Shown piece after piece: positions 1 to 17,685 of a DNA stretch of 64,000 nt. The translations under genes and the position numbers were made by a program. Location of the stretch: NCBI GenBank assembly GCA_016214895.1, contig JACRMR010000013.1, positions 2,971 through 66,970 on the forward strand, written 5' to 3'. The DNA is from Candidatus Zhuqueibacterota bacterium (GTDB taxonomy: Bacteria > Electryoneota > RPQS01). The first letter of the stretch is position 1. Every line of letters starts with the position of its first letter. The notes beneath the pieces are model-generated. The model had not been told where the DNA came from, ran no database searches, and worked only from the letters and a program-made list of their open reading frames with translations.

Positions 1-86
1 TCTTCAGGCCCAAGGGGGCGGAATGATTAAAGCTTCGCCAGGAGTGACGATTCGAGCGAGGCGGAGCGAAACTCACATTAATCGCC

Positions 87-269
87 ATGTTTCAGAAGCT
101 GCTTACCTACATCAAAGATGTGCGCCAGGAGATGACCAAAGTCTCGTGGCCGTCGCGGGCCGAGATGATGGAGTCCGCGCGACTCGTGCTCGTGCTGTCG
201 CTGGTGCTGGGCGTGGTTGTGTTCTTTGTGGACCGGATCCTGTCCTACGGACTGGAACAGCTGCTGTAA
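87..269 (+). CDS. secE: Preprotein translocase subunit SecE
   Basis: 60 aa with EMTKVSWPSR motif followed by one hydrophobic TM helix; upstream of nusG. Confidence 0.95.
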   Translation: MFQKLLTYIKDVRQEMTKVSWPSRAEMMESARLVLVLSLVLGVVVFFVDRILSYGLEQLL

Positions 270-302
270 GGTTGGCCAGCAGGGGCAACCGGGCAGAGTG
301 AA

Positions 303-1208
303 TTGAGCGCGGCTTTGAAGCTCGTTACGATCGGATGTCCGGCTTGCGACAGCCCGGTCTTTGAACGGGAACGTACGGTGGGGGATCGGTTCCGCACGGT
401 TCCGGGAGCGCGGTATCAAATTGTGCGCTGCGCTGACTGCCGCCTGCTCTATCTCAACCCGCGACCGACAGACGCCGAGCTCGGCCAGTTCTATGCGGTG
501 CAGGGTTACGATCCGTTTGTCAGCGACCGCCGCGGCTTCTCGCCGGGGAAGTTGATCTACAAATCGGTCCGGTACTTTACCGTGCGCAAGAAGGTCTGGC
601 GAGTTCGCGATGGATTGCCCGGAACACTGCGCGTGCTTGACGTGGGCTGCGCAACCGGCGAGCTGCTTGCGATTTTCCGGCGCCGGGGGGATACAGCCTG
701 TGGCGTCGAGCCGGATGCGGGGGCCGCCGAGTTCGCGCGCAAGCAGGGGCTGACGGTCTGGAACGGCGACATTCGCGCCGTGCCCGCGGACCGCGGGCCG
801 TTTGACCTGATCGTATTCTGGCACGTGCTGGAGCATGTCGCCGACCTGAAGGCGACGCTCGGACGGGTGCGGGAATTGTTGACGGAGCGCGGCAGGCTCG
901 CGATCGCCGTGCCGAATCCGCGATCGCTGGACGCGGGCTGGTATGGAGACCAGTGGGTAGCGTGGGACACGCCGCGGCACCTCTACCACTTTGAGCCGGA
1001 CGTCATGCTCACGACGCTGGACGGGTGCGGATTCCGCGCCGAGCATATGGGCGCGGTGGCGTTTGATGCGATGTACCACAGCCTATTGAGCGATTCGCGC
1101 ACGCCGGTCGGATTCATCCGGGCTCTCGCACGCGGGACCATCAGTTTCCTGAGCGGCTCGCTGGGCGGCAAAGGGTCCTCCGAATTGTATTTCGCCTACA
1201 AAGATTAA
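303..1208 (+). CDS. Class I SAM-dependent methyltransferase with N-terminal CxxC/CxxC Zn finger
   Basis: CPAC...CADC; SAM motif I VLDVGCATG; FDLIVFWHVLEHV; AVPN; PRHLYHF. TTG start, exact start uncertain. Confidence 0.88.
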   Translation: MSAALKLVTIGCPACDSPVFERERTVGDRFRTVPGARYQIVRCADCRLLYLNPRPTDAELGQFYAVQGYDPFVSDRRGFSPGKLIYKSVRYFTVRKKVWRVRDGLPGTLRVLDVGCATGELLAIFRRRGDTACGVEPDAGAAEFARKQGLTVWNGDIRAVPADRGPFDLIVFWHVLEHVADLKATLGRVRELLTERGRLAIAVPNPRSLDAGWYGDQWVAWDTPRHLYHFEPDVMLTTLDGCGFRAEHMGAVAFDAMYHSLLSDSRTPVGFIRALARGTISFLSGSLGGKGSSELYFAYKD

Positions 1209-1217
1209 AATTCCTTC

Positions 1218-1787
1218 ATGGTTTCCACCGCCGCCGATCCCGCCCTCACTCTGCACTGGTACGTGATTCATGTGTTCACCGGCCAGGAAGAAAAGATCAA
1301 AGCGTTCCTTGACGAGGAGGTCAAGCGGTTGCACCTCGAAGAGCAGTTGACCACCGTGTTGATCCCGAAGGAAGAGGTGGTGGAGATGCGCGATGGCAAG
1401 AAAAAGGTCAAGACGCGCGTCATCTACCCCGGCTACATGTACATCGAGATGCTGCTGAACAAGAACACGGAACACTTGCTGTTGAACACACCGCAGGTGA
1501 TCAATTTCGTGGGACCGAAGAACAAACCGCAGCCGCTGCGCCGCTATGAAATTGACCGCATCCTCGGCCATGTCGATCGCGCCGAAGGCGGGCAGGTTGT
1601 CGAAGTCCCATTCCGGGTCGGCGATGCCATCAAAGTGATCGACGGACCGTTCAAAGATTTCACCGGTGTGGTGCGCGATATCAATCTGGAAAAGCGCAAG
1701 GTCAAGGTGATGGTGTCGATCTTCGGTCGCTCGACACCGATTGAACTTGACTTCTTGCAGGTCTCGACCGAGCTGGCGACGAGCTAA
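1218..1787 (+). CDS. nusG: Transcription termination/antitermination factor NusG
   Basis: WYVIH, YPGY, and KOW domain GDAIKVIDGPF...VSIFGRSTPIELDF. Confidence 0.97.
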   Translation: MVSTAADPALTLHWYVIHVFTGQEEKIKAFLDEEVKRLHLEEQLTTVLIPKEEVVEMRDGKKKVKTRVIYPGYMYIEMLLNKNTEHLLLNTPQVINFVGPKNKPQPLRRYEIDRILGHVDRAEGGQVVEVPFRVGDAIKVIDGPFKDFTGVVRDINLEKRKVKVMVSIFGRSTPIELDFLQVSTELATS

Positions 1788-1911
1788 GGCGGCGCGGCTG
1801 ACCGTCCTGGCGATGACGGCGTCGGAATCGGATGTGTGGCGGGTTGCTTGTAGTTTGATTTTATGTCCCTGGTCCCCCGCGAAGGCGGAGAGATAAGCGA
1901 AGCTCAGAAAT

Positions 1912-2337
1912 ATGGCAAAGAAGATTACCGGTTTCATTCGACTGCAGCTGAATGCGGGTGCGGCCACCCCGGCACCGCCGGTCGGTCCCGCACTGGGCCA
2001 GAAGCAGGTCAACATCATGGAGTTCTGCAAGCAGTTCAATGCACGCACCGAGAAAGATCGCGGGATGATCATTCCGGTCGTCATCACTGTCTATTCGGAC
2101 AAGAGCTTCAGCTTTATCACGAAGACTCCGCCGGCCGCCATTTTGCTCAAGAAGGCCGCCGGGTTGGAAAAAGGCTCGGGCGTGCCGAATCGCACGAAGG
2201 TCGGAACGGTCTCCTTCGCGCAAGTCCGTCAAATCGCCGAACTGAAGATGAAGGACCTGAACGCCAATGACGTTGACATGGCCGTGCGCATGGTCGAGGG
2301 GACCGCGCGCAGCATGGGGATCAACGTACAGAAGTAG
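1912..2337 (+). CDS. rplK: 50S ribosomal protein uL11
   Basis: [33 protein letters not shown]. Confidence 0.98.
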   Translation: MAKKITGFIRLQLNAGAATPAPPVGPALGQKQVNIMEFCKQFNARTEKDRGMIIPVVITVYSDKSFSFITKTPPAAILLKKAAGLEKGSGVPNRTKVGTVSFAQVRQIAELKMKDLNANDVDMAVRMVEGTARSMGINVQK

Positions 2338-2344
2338 GATTCCG

Positions 2345-2428
2345 GGCAGGTGAAGACACCTGCCGCGGCGAGACGATGAAGACACCTGCCGCGGCGAGAA
2401 GATGGAGACACCTGCCGCAGCGGGTGAA
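2345..2428. repeat. 26-nt tandem repeat (about 3 copies) with a palindromic first unit, REP-like
   Basis: Units TGAAGACACCTGCCGCGGCGAGACGA (2351), TGAAGACACCTGCCGCGGCGAGAAGA (2377), TGGAGACACCTGCCGCAGCGGGTGAA (2403); GGCAGGTG-AAGA-CACCTGCC hairpin at 2345-2364. Confidence 0.85.
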
Positions 2429-2476
2429 GCCGCCCTTTGTCCCCCCAAGGGATGGGGCGGGAGAGTAGATAACAGA

Positions 2477-2507
2477 CCGGGAGAGTGGAGATCACTCGTT
2501 GGACCGG
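2477..2507 (+). promoter_or_regulatory. Putative uL1-binding autoregulatory mRNA site
   Basis: CCGG-GA-GAGTG-gagat-CACTC-GTTGGA-CCGG: two stems with an asymmetric internal loop just 5' of the rplA RBS, resembling L1-binding leaders. Confidence 0.55.
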
Positions 2508-2520
2508 AAAAGGAAACCAA

Positions 2521-3219
2521 ATGCCAGATTCCAAGCGCGTCGGCAACAACAAAAAGCTTGTTGACCGGCGCAAAGAGTACACGCTCGACGAGGGAGTGGC
2601 GCTCTTGAAAACGACGGCGCCCGCGAAATTCGACGAGACCGTTGAGATTTCGATTCGCTTGAATGTCGATCCGAAAAAGGCCGATCAGGTTGTGCGCGGT
2701 ACGGTGGCGCTGCCGCATGGCACGGGCAAGAGCGTGCGAGTCTGCGCGATCACCAAGACCAAGGACGCCGAAGCGCGGGAAGCCGGCGCGGACGTGGTCG
2801 GCTTTGAGGACGTGATCGAGAAGATTCGCGGCGGGTGGACGGATACCGACGTGATCGTGGCCACCCCGGAGGCCATGGTCGAGATCGGCAAGCTGGGGAA
2901 GATTCTCGGCCCGCGCGGCCTGATGCCCAATCCGAAGGCTGGCACGGTGACTCCGAATCTCGGACAAGCGATTCGCGAAATCAAGGCCGGCAAGGTCGAA
3001 TTCCGCGTGGACAAGTTCGGCATTCTGCATCTCGGCGTCGGGAAGATCAAGTTCAGCGCGCAGCAGATTCAGGACAATCTGGTGGAGTTCTTCCGCAATG
3101 TGATGCGCCTCAGACCGTCGTCGGCCAAGGGACAATACGTCAAAAGCGTCTTCCTGAGTTCGACGATGGGGCCCGGCATCAGGCTGCAGCGCACCGTGGT
3201 GGAAGCCTCGACGAAATAA
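2521..3219 (+). CDS. rplA: 50S ribosomal protein uL1
   Basis: KFDETVE, VRGTVALPHGTGK, LGPRGLMPNPKAGTVT, STMGPG; ATG 2521 after AAGGA. Confidence 0.98.
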   Translation: MPDSKRVGNNKKLVDRRKEYTLDEGVALLKTTAPAKFDETVEISIRLNVDPKKADQVVRGTVALPHGTGKSVRVCAITKTKDAEAREAGADVVGFEDVIEKIRGGWTDTDVIVATPEAMVEIGKLGKILGPRGLMPNPKAGTVTPNLGQAIREIKAGKVEFRVDKFGILHLGVGKIKFSAQQIQDNLVEFFRNVMRLRPSSAKGQYVKSVFLSSTMGPGIRLQRTVVEASTK

Positions 3220-3227
3220 GTATAGCC

Positions 3228-3264
3228 GCGGCCGCCGGCGCCTCTCCGGCTTGGGCCGCTTTTT
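3228..3264 (+). terminator. Terminator/attenuator-like hairpin between rplA and rplJ
   Basis: GCGGCC-GCCGG...CCGGC-ttg-GGCCGC followed by TTTTT. Confidence 0.45.
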
Positions 3265-3289
3265 CATATACCATCAACCGTAAGACCGC

Positions 3290-3832
3290 ATGGAAACCAC
3301 CGTCAAGAGACCGCCCAAGCAAAAAAAGGTCGATACCGCGGCCCGGCTCGCGGATAAGGTCGATCGTGCCCGCGGACTCTATTTCACGGAGTACAAAGGG
3401 CTCACGGTCGAGGAGATTACCGAGCTGCGTCGTCAATGCTACCAGAACAAGATTGAGTATCTGGTCGTGAAGAACACGTTCTCCCGGCGCGTGCTGAAGG
3501 AGAAGGGGTTCGACTCCGCAATTCCGCATCTCATCGGACCGACGGCCATCTGTTTCGGATATGCCGATCCGGCTGTGCCCGCCAAGGTGCTGTATGATTT
3601 CTCGCAGAAGAACGAGAAGCTGGTCCTGAAGGGCGGCATTTTCGAAGGGAAACCGATCAGCGCGAAGGACATCGCCGCGATCAAGGATCTGCCGAGCCGC
3701 GACCAGGCGATTGCGATGACAATCGGCGCGATCTTCGGACCGGTGCAGGCCTTCCACAACGTGCTGACCGCCATACTGCGCGATTTCGTATCGGTGATCG
3801 ACCAGATCGCCGAGCAGAAGTCCGCGGCGTAG
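3290..3832 (+). CDS. rplJ: 50S ribosomal protein uL10
   Basis: YKGLTVEEITELRR, VVKNT, GPTAI, LPSR; between rplA and rplL. Confidence 0.95.
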   Translation: METTVKRPPKQKKVDTAARLADKVDRARGLYFTEYKGLTVEEITELRRQCYQNKIEYLVVKNTFSRRVLKEKGFDSAIPHLIGPTAICFGYADPAVPAKVLYDFSQKNEKLVLKGGIFEGKPISAKDIAAIKDLPSRDQAIAMTIGAIFGPVQAFHNVLTAILRDFVSVIDQIAEQKSAA

Positions 3833-3883
3833 GCGAATTCCGACTGACAATTTTCAACGAACACTATAATCGGAGACAGTCTC

Positions 3884-4261
3884 GTGAATCAGATTCTTGA
3901 GGCCATCGAAAAGATGACCGTGATGGAACTCGTTGAGCTGAAGAAAGCTCTCGAGGAGAAGTTTGGAGTGACCGCCGCCGCGCCGATGATGATGGGCATG
4001 ATGCCGGCGATGGGTGGCGCGGGTGCCGCCGCCGCGCCGGTGGAAGAGAAGACCGAGTTCGACGTCATCCTGGCCGCCGCCGGCGAGAAGAAGATTCAGG
4101 TGATCAAGGTCGTCCGCGAGCTGACGAGTCTCGGACTCAAGGAAGCCAAGGACCTCGTGGACGGCGCGCCGAAAGCGGTGAAGGAAGGCGTGTCCAAGGA
4201 CGAGGCCGAAAAAGTCAAGGCCAAGCTGGAAGAGCAGGGAGCCACGGTCGAGATCAAGTAA
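3884..4261 (+). CDS. rplL: 50S ribosomal protein bL12 (L7/L12)
   Basis: [36 protein letters not shown] start after GGAG. Confidence 0.98.
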   Translation: MNQILEAIEKMTVMELVELKKALEEKFGVTAAAPMMMGMMPAMGGAGAAAAPVEEKTEFDVILAAAGEKKIQVIKVVRELTSLGLKEAKDLVDGAPKAVKEGVSKDEAEKVKAKLEEQGATVEIK

Positions 4262-4306
4262 CCAGATCGGTGACCAAGTTCCGACTCCTCATGGCGTGAA
4301 TCTACT

Positions 4307-4362
4307 GGGTTGCCGAGCCGGACCGCGAGCCCCGCGGAATCGGCTTGGCAATCTTGCGTTTT
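4307..4362 (+). terminator. Long hairpin, candidate rplL-rpoB attenuator
   Basis: 14-bp stem GGGTTGCCGAGCCG/CGGCTTGGCAATCT (with G-U pairs) plus inner CCGCG/CGCGG, followed by TGCGTTTT. Confidence 0.5.
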
Positions 4363-4459
4363 CCGGGACCGCGATTTCCGCCTGACGTCCCTCCGCAAAT
4401 CCCTCTCACGAGCCAGTTTCAGTCTGCTGTTCCTTCCGATCAACACGGGAGAATGACCG

Positions 4460-8254
<3,795 letters not shown>

Positions 8255-8343
8255 TCGGCGCGCATTGCGCGTCCTCCCCCGCCTGGCCGGGCTCTTCCCG
8301 GCGGGTACGTCATCGACCGACACTCATCTCGAGGGAGACATAG

Positions 8344-12657
<4,314 letters not shown>

Positions 12658-12686
12658 AGCCCGCTCTTTCGCCTGATTTCGCACGT

Positions 12687-12718
12687 GAGTACCGTAAACA
12701 CATAGGTTTACGGTACTC
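12687..12718. terminator. Perfect 13-bp inverted repeat downstream of rpoC (terminator or 3' stabilising hairpin)
   Basis: GAGTACCGTAAAC-acatag-GTTTACGGTACTC; no U-tract follows. Confidence 0.5.
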
Positions 12719-12769
12719 GACTGCGCCGTGTGATGGGTGATAATAATCGGGGAGATTCGTGAGACGGCC

Positions 12770-12798
12770 TTGACAATCCGGTACTCATTCGTTATTTT
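12770..12798 (+). promoter_or_regulatory. Sigma70-type promoter of rpsL (str operon)
   Basis: TTGACA-N17-TATTTT ending 30 nt upstream of the rpsL start. Confidence 0.7.
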
Positions 12799-12828
12799 TG
12801 AAAGTCTAAGCCGAAAAGGGAGTTCTGT

Positions 12829-13236
12829 TTGCCAACTGTTCAGCAGTTAATACGTTCACGGCGGGAGCCAGCCAAGTATAAGACTGCGGCCCCCGCGCTC
12901 GTGCGGTGCCCGCAGCGCCGCGGGGTTTGTACCCGAGTCTATACGACGACCCCCAAGAAGCCGAATTCGGCACTGCGCAAGGTTGCCCGTGTCAAGCTGA
13001 CCAATGGCATTGTGGTCACGGCCTACATTCCGGGCGAAGGCCACAACTTGCAGGAACATTCGATTGTGATGATCCGGGGAGGGCGTGTCAAGGACCTCCC
13101 GGGAGTTCGCTACCACATCATCCGCGGGATCCTCGATACGGCAGGGGTGGATGGCCGCAGGCAGGGCCGCTCCAAGTACGGGACCAAGAAGAAGGCTGCT
13201 CCGGCCGCCAAGGGTGGAGCCCCAAAGAAGAAGTAA
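12829..13236 (+). CDS. rpsL: 30S ribosomal protein uS12
   Basis: [33 protein letters not shown] start after GGGAG. Confidence 0.98.
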   Translation: MPTVQQLIRSRREPAKYKTAAPALVRCPQRRGVCTRVYTTTPKKPNSALRKVARVKLTNGIVVTAYIPGEGHNLQEHSIVMIRGGRVKDLPGVRYHIIRGILDTAGVDGRRQGRSKYGTKKKAAPAAKGGAPKKK

Positions 13237-13279
13237 ATCGCCGTCCCACGACGATTTTGATCTGATCGCTTAATCCGAA

Positions 13280-13750
13280 ATGTCCAGAAGAAAACGCATC
13301 GTCAAGCGCGAAATCCTGCCGGATCCGAAGTACAATTCGACCGAGGTTACCGCGTTCATCAACGGCCTGTTACGCCGCGGCAAACGCTCGATTTCCGAGA
13401 GTATCGTTTACGGCGCTTTCGAAATCATCGAAGCCAAGGCCAAGCAGAATCCGCTCGAAGTGTTTGACTCGGCGATGAAGAACGCATCACCGGTCGTCGA
13501 GGTCAAGAGTCGCCGAGTCGGCGGTTCGACCTATCAAGTGCCGGTGGAAGTCAAGACCATGCGTCGGCGCGCCCTGGCCATTCGATGGATCTTGATCTAC
13601 GCTCGTCAACGCGGAGACAAGACCATGGCGCAGAAGCTGGCGATGGAATTCATGGCCGCGGCGAAGGGCGAAGGCGGCGCGATCAAGAAGCGTGACGATA
13701 CGCACAAGATGGCGGAAGCGAACAAGGCGTTTGCGCATTTCCGCTGGTAG
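13280..13750 (+). CDS. rpsG: 30S ribosomal protein uS7
   Basis: EVKSRRVGGSTYQVP, HKMAEANKAFAHFRW. Confidence 0.98.
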   Translation: MSRRKRIVKREILPDPKYNSTEVTAFINGLLRRGKRSISESIVYGAFEIIEAKAKQNPLEVFDSAMKNASPVVEVKSRRVGGSTYQVPVEVKTMRRRALAIRWILIYARQRGDKTMAQKLAMEFMAAAKGEGGAIKKRDDTHKMAEANKAFAHFRW

Positions 13751-13898
13751 GCGATCCTATAGCAGAATCCCCGATCCCCCCTTTGGTGCCCCCATCAGAG
13801 CGGGGGGAGAACCGATGAAGACCCGGGCCGGGTTGTGAAAATTCAGCCCGGCTTGACGATAATTGATGAGACGACGATAACCCCCGTTTGAAGCTCAC

Positions 13899-16019
13899 GT
13901 GACCGTTCCCAGCGCAACACAGAAACCTAAGAAGTCCGGTAAGGAGTCGTCCGAGAAGACGCCGCTGTCCATGATCCGCAATATCGGGATCATGGCCCAC
14001 ATCGACGCCGGCAAGACGACGACGACCGAACGCATCCTGTTCTATACGGGACGCCTGCACCGCATCGGCGAAGTGCATGAAGGCGCCGCGACCATGGACT
14101 GGATGGAGCAGGAAAAAGAGCGCGGGATCACGATCACCTCCGCGGCGACGACCTGCCAGTGGCGGGATCACCGGGTGAACATCATCGACACGCCGGGGCA
14201 CGTGGATTTCACGGTCGAGGTCGAGCGCTCGTTGCGAGTTCTGGACGGCGCGGTGGCGCTGTTCTGCGCGGTGGGCGGCGTGGAGCCGCAGTCGGAAACG
14301 GTGTGGCGCCAGGCCAACCGCTACGAGGTCCCGCGCCTCTGTTTTGTCAACAAGATGGACCGCTCGGGCGCGGATTTCTTCCGCGCCGTCGAGATGATTC
14401 GGACGCGGCTGCACGCGAACCCGGTGCCGATCGCGATTCCGGTGGGGGCCGCCGACCTGTTCCAAGGGGTGATTGACTTGATCACCTTCAAAGAAATCGT
14501 CTGGGTCGATGATTCCCATGGCATGCACTTCGAGACGTTCGACGTGCCGAAGGACATGTACGATACCGCCCACCACTGGCGCGAAAAGATGCTGGAGTCG
14601 ATCTCCGATTACGACGATCACCTGATGGAGAAATTCCTGAACGGTGAGCCGATCGAGCCGGGAGAGATTCGCGCCGCGCTGCGCAAGGCGACCTGCGACC
14701 TGAAGATTTTCCCGGTACTGTGCGGCGCGTCCTTCAAGAATAAGGGCGTGCAGATGTTGCTGGATGGCGTGGTGGACTACCTGCCGTCACCGTTGGACAA
14801 GGGATCGGTGGTCGGAATCAATCCCAAGACCGACGAGGAGGAGGAGCGCCAGCCGGATGTCAATGCACCGTTCGCGGCCCTGGCCTTCAAGATCGCGACG
14901 GATCCCTATGTTGGCAAGCTGACCTTCATCCGCGTGTATTCGGGCAAGCTGGACGCGGGCAGTCAGGTGCTCAACATGAAGACCGGCAAGAAGGAACGGG
15001 TGTCGCGCCTGTTGCACATGCATGCCAATAAGCGCGAAGACGTTACGGAAATGATCGCAGGCGATATCGGAGCCGCGGTGGGACTATCGACCGTTCGCAC
15101 GGGGGATACGTTGTGCTTTGAGTCGCACCAGATCGTGCTGGAACGGATGGAATTCCCAATGCCGGTGATTGAGATCGCGATCGAGCCCAAGACGAAAGGC
15201 GATCAGGATCGGATTTCCGAATCGCTGGCCAAGTTGGCCGAGGAAGACCCGACCTTCCGGGTCGGATTCAACGACGAAACCGGGCAGACGGTGATCGCCG
15301 GCATGGGCGAGCTGCACCTGGAGATTATCGTGGACCGGCTGTTGCGCGAATTCAAATGCGATGCGGTCGTGGGTCGGCCGCAGGTCGCGTATCGCGAAGG
15401 GATTCGCAAGACCGCGCACGAAAACCACAAGTTCGCCAAGCAGTCGGGCGGTCGCGGTCAGTACGGTCACGTGGTGATCGACATTGAACCCGCCCCAACC
15501 GGCAGCGGCTTGATATTTGACAATAAAATCGTCGGTGGCGCGATTCCAAAGGAATACATCCCGGCGATCAATAAGGGTCTCGACGAGGCGATGAAAACCG
15601 GTGTGCTGGCGGGTTACCCGCTGCTGGACATCAAGGTCTCGCTGGTCGATGGCTCCTATCACGAAGTTGACTCGAACGAAATGGCCTTTAAGATTGCGGC
15701 ATCGATGGCGATGAAGGAAGCGGTCCGCAAGGCCGATCCGGTGTTGCGCGAGCCGATCATGAAGGTCGAAGTCGTGACTCCCGATACCTATATGGGTAGT
15801 GTGGTTGGCGATTTGAATTCGCGGCGCGGCCGCATCAACGAGATGCACCCGCGCTCGGACGGCCAGGTTGTGACCGCTATGGTTCCGCTCGCCGAAATGT
15901 TCGGCTACGCGACTGCGCTGCGCTCCAACACTCAGGGTCGAGCCATTTTCTCGATGGTGTTCGATCATTATGCGGACGTACCGAAGTCGGTGGCCGAAGC
16001 CATCCTCGAGAAGAAGTAG
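13899..16019 (+). CDS. fusA: Elongation factor G
   Basis: [50 protein letters not shown] start, exact start uncertain. Confidence 0.98.
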   Translation: MTVPSATQKPKKSGKESSEKTPLSMIRNIGIMAHIDAGKTTTTERILFYTGRLHRIGEVHEGAATMDWMEQEKERGITITSAATTCQWRDHRVNIIDTPGHVDFTVEVERSLRVLDGAVALFCAVGGVEPQSETVWRQANRYEVPRLCFVNKMDRSGADFFRAVEMIRTRLHANPVPIAIPVGAADLFQGVIDLITFKEIVWVDDSHGMHFETFDVPKDMYDTAHHWREKMLESISDYDDHLMEKFLNGEPIEPGEIRAALRKATCDLKIFPVLCGASFKNKGVQMLLDGVVDYLPSPLDKGSVVGINPKTDEEEERQPDVNAPFAALAFKIATDPYVGKLTFIRVYSGKLDAGSQVLNMKTGKKERVSRLLHMHANKREDVTEMIAGDIGAAVGLSTVRTGDTLCFESHQIVLERMEFPMPVIEIAIEPKTKGDQDRISESLAKLAEEDPTFRVGFNDETGQTVIAGMGELHLEIIVDRLLREFKCDAVVGRPQVAYREGIRKTAHENHKFAKQSGGRGQYGHVVIDIEPAPTGSGLIFDNKIVGGAIPKEYIPAINKGLDEAMKTGVLAGYPLLDIKVSLVDGSYHEVDSNEMAFKIAASMAMKEAVRKADPVLREPIMKVEVVTPDTYMGSVVGDLNSRRGRINEMHPRSDGQVVTAMVPLAEMFGYATALRSNTQGRAIFSMVFDHYADVPKSVAEAILEKK

Positions 16020-16029
16020 ATTCCACACA

Positions 16030-16077
16030 CAGCCCGCCGGATTCGCCGCATGGCAATCGATGCGGGCTGACTTTTTG
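16030..16077 (+). terminator. Terminator/attenuator hairpin between fusA and rpsJ
   Basis: CAGCCCGC...GCGGGCTG followed by ACTTTTTG. Confidence 0.5.
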
Positions 16078-16113
16078 ACTATTTCCCCCACGTTAGCCGG
16101 CTGAATACCCCGG

Positions 16114-16431
16114 ATGGACACGCTGAAAAAGGGCTACATTCGTATCCGGTTGAAGAGTTACGATCATAACCTGATCGACAAATCAACCGAGAAAATCATC
16201 CAAACCGCCAAGACCACGGGCGCGCTCATCTCCGGGCCGATTCCGTTGCCAACGCGGCGCTCCGTCGTCACCGTGAACCGCTCGCCGCACGTCGATAAGA
16301 AGTCGCGTGAACAGTTCGAGACGCGGGTGCACAAGCGGCTGATCGACATCCACAATTCCACGCCCCGGACCATCGATGCGCTGATTCGTATTGAATTGCC
16401 GGCCGGCGTCGATATCGAGATCAAGACATGA
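16114..16431 (+). CDS. rpsJ: 30S ribosomal protein uS10
   Basis: [31 protein letters not shown]. Confidence 0.98.
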   Translation: MDTLKKGYIRIRLKSYDHNLIDKSTEKIIQTAKTTGALISGPIPLPTRRSVVTVNRSPHVDKKSREQFETRVHKRLIDIHNSTPRTIDALIRIELPAGVDIEIKT

Positions 16432-17045
16432 TCGGAATGCTCGGGAAAAAGGTCGGCATGACCCAAATCTTCGACGAGAAGGGCACGGCAGTGCCCGTCA
16501 CCGTCATTGAGTTGGGGCCGAACCAGATCACCAATATCCGTACGCGGGCCGATCACGGCTACGAAGCGGTCTGTCTCGGCTTCGGTCAGAAGCGTGACAA
16601 GCTCGTGGTGAAGCCGCTCAAGGGCCACTACAAGAAGCTGGGCCTGACGGCGCCGAAAGTCGAGCGCGAAGTCCGCGACATGCCCGCCGAGGGCAAGCGG
16701 ATCGGTGACTCCCTGAAGTGCGACGTGTTCAAGCTCGGCGACCGGGTCAAGGTGTCCGGCGTTTCCAAGGGCCGCGGCTTCGCGGGTGTCATTCGCCGGC
16801 ATCATTTCTCCTCGGTCGTGGACAGTCACGGTACGCATGAATTCTTCCGTCACGGCGGCGCGATCGGCGCGCACACATTCCCCGGTCGAGTGTGGAAAGG
16901 GTTGCGCATGGCGGGGCGCATGGGAGCCGACAACGTGACCGTCAAGAATCTTAAAGTGGTTCGCGTCGATGTGGACGCGAACCTGATCATGGTCAAGGGC
17001 GCGATTCCCGGACCGAACAAGGGCTTAGTGCTGGTTCGTAAGTAG
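16428..17045 (+). CDS. rplC: 50S ribosomal protein uL3
   Basis: [34 protein letters not shown]. Confidence 0.97.
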   Translation: MIGMLGKKVGMTQIFDEKGTAVPVTVIELGPNQITNIRTRADHGYEAVCLGFGQKRDKLVVKPLKGHYKKLGLTAPKVEREVRDMPAEGKRIGDSLKCDVFKLGDRVKVSGVSKGRGFAGVIRRHHFSSVVDSHGTHEFFRHGGAIGAHTFPGRVWKGLRMAGRMGADNVTVKNLKVVRVDVDANLIMVKGAIPGPNKGLVLVRK

Positions 17046-17049
17046 CATC

Positions 17050-17685
17050 ATGAAACTTCCCGTTTATAAACAAGACGGCTCCAAGTCCGCCGACAGTGTT
17101 GAACTGCCGGATGCGATGCTGCAGGTTGAGCCTAACGATCACGCGATCTGGCTGGCCGTGCGCAGCGAGCAAGCCGCGCAGCGCCAGGGTACCGCGAAGA
17201 CCAAGATCCGCAAGTACGTGCGCGGCGGCGGCCGGAAGCCGTTCAAGCAGAAAGGCCGTGGGGTGGCCCGGCAGGGCACGAGCCGCTCGCCCTTGATGCC
17301 TGGCGGCGGTACGATTTTCGGGCCGGTACCCCATAAGTACCATGTCGGGGTCGGCGACAAGGTGAAGAAGATCGCCCGGCTGAGCGCGCTGGTGCATAAG
17401 GCAAAGGCCGACAAGATCCGAATTGTGGAAGATTTCACGATGAGCGCGCCGCGGACCAAATCCGTGACCGGTCTGTTCAAAGCGCTGGGACTCGACGCCG
17501 AACGCGTGCTCGTACTGACTCCGGAATACGATTTGAATCTGGCCAAGAGCGTGCGCAATGTTACCAGGGCCCATGCGCAAAAGGCTGAAGCAGCGTCAAC
17601 GCTGGACCTGATGAACTGCTCGACGATCGTCTTACAGAAGAGCGCGCTGCCCAAACTGTTGAAGGTGCTCGGCCATGCTGCATAA
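17050..17685 (+). CDS. rplD: 50S ribosomal protein uL4
   Basis: RQGTAKTK, VRGGGRKP.KQKG, RSPLMPGGGTIFGP. Confidence 0.97.
   Translation: MKLPVYKQDGSKSADSVELPDAMLQVEPNDHAIWLAVRSEQAAQRQGTAKTKIRKYVRGGGRKPFKQKGRGVARQGTSRSPLMPGGGTIFGPVPHKYHVGVGDKVKKIARLSALVHKAKADKIRIVEDFTMSAPRTKSVTGLFKALGLDAERVLVLTPEYDLNLAKSVRNVTRAHAQKAEAASTLDLMNCSTIVLQKSALPKLLKVLGHAA

Noticed and set aside
1..86. tRNA-Trp or rpmG, often found just upstream of secE
   Set aside because: No cloverleaf, T-loop GTTCRA with acceptor stem, or L33 reading frame is visible; they may lie outside the window.
2345..2428. Possible mini CRISPR array
   Set aside because: The units are head-to-tail with a 26-nt period and no unique spacers, and there are no cas genes in the window.
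3276..3292. L10-leader-like words (CCGTAAGACCGCA) before rplJ
   Set aside because: The match is short, runs directly into the start codon, and I could not find the complementary half of the leader.
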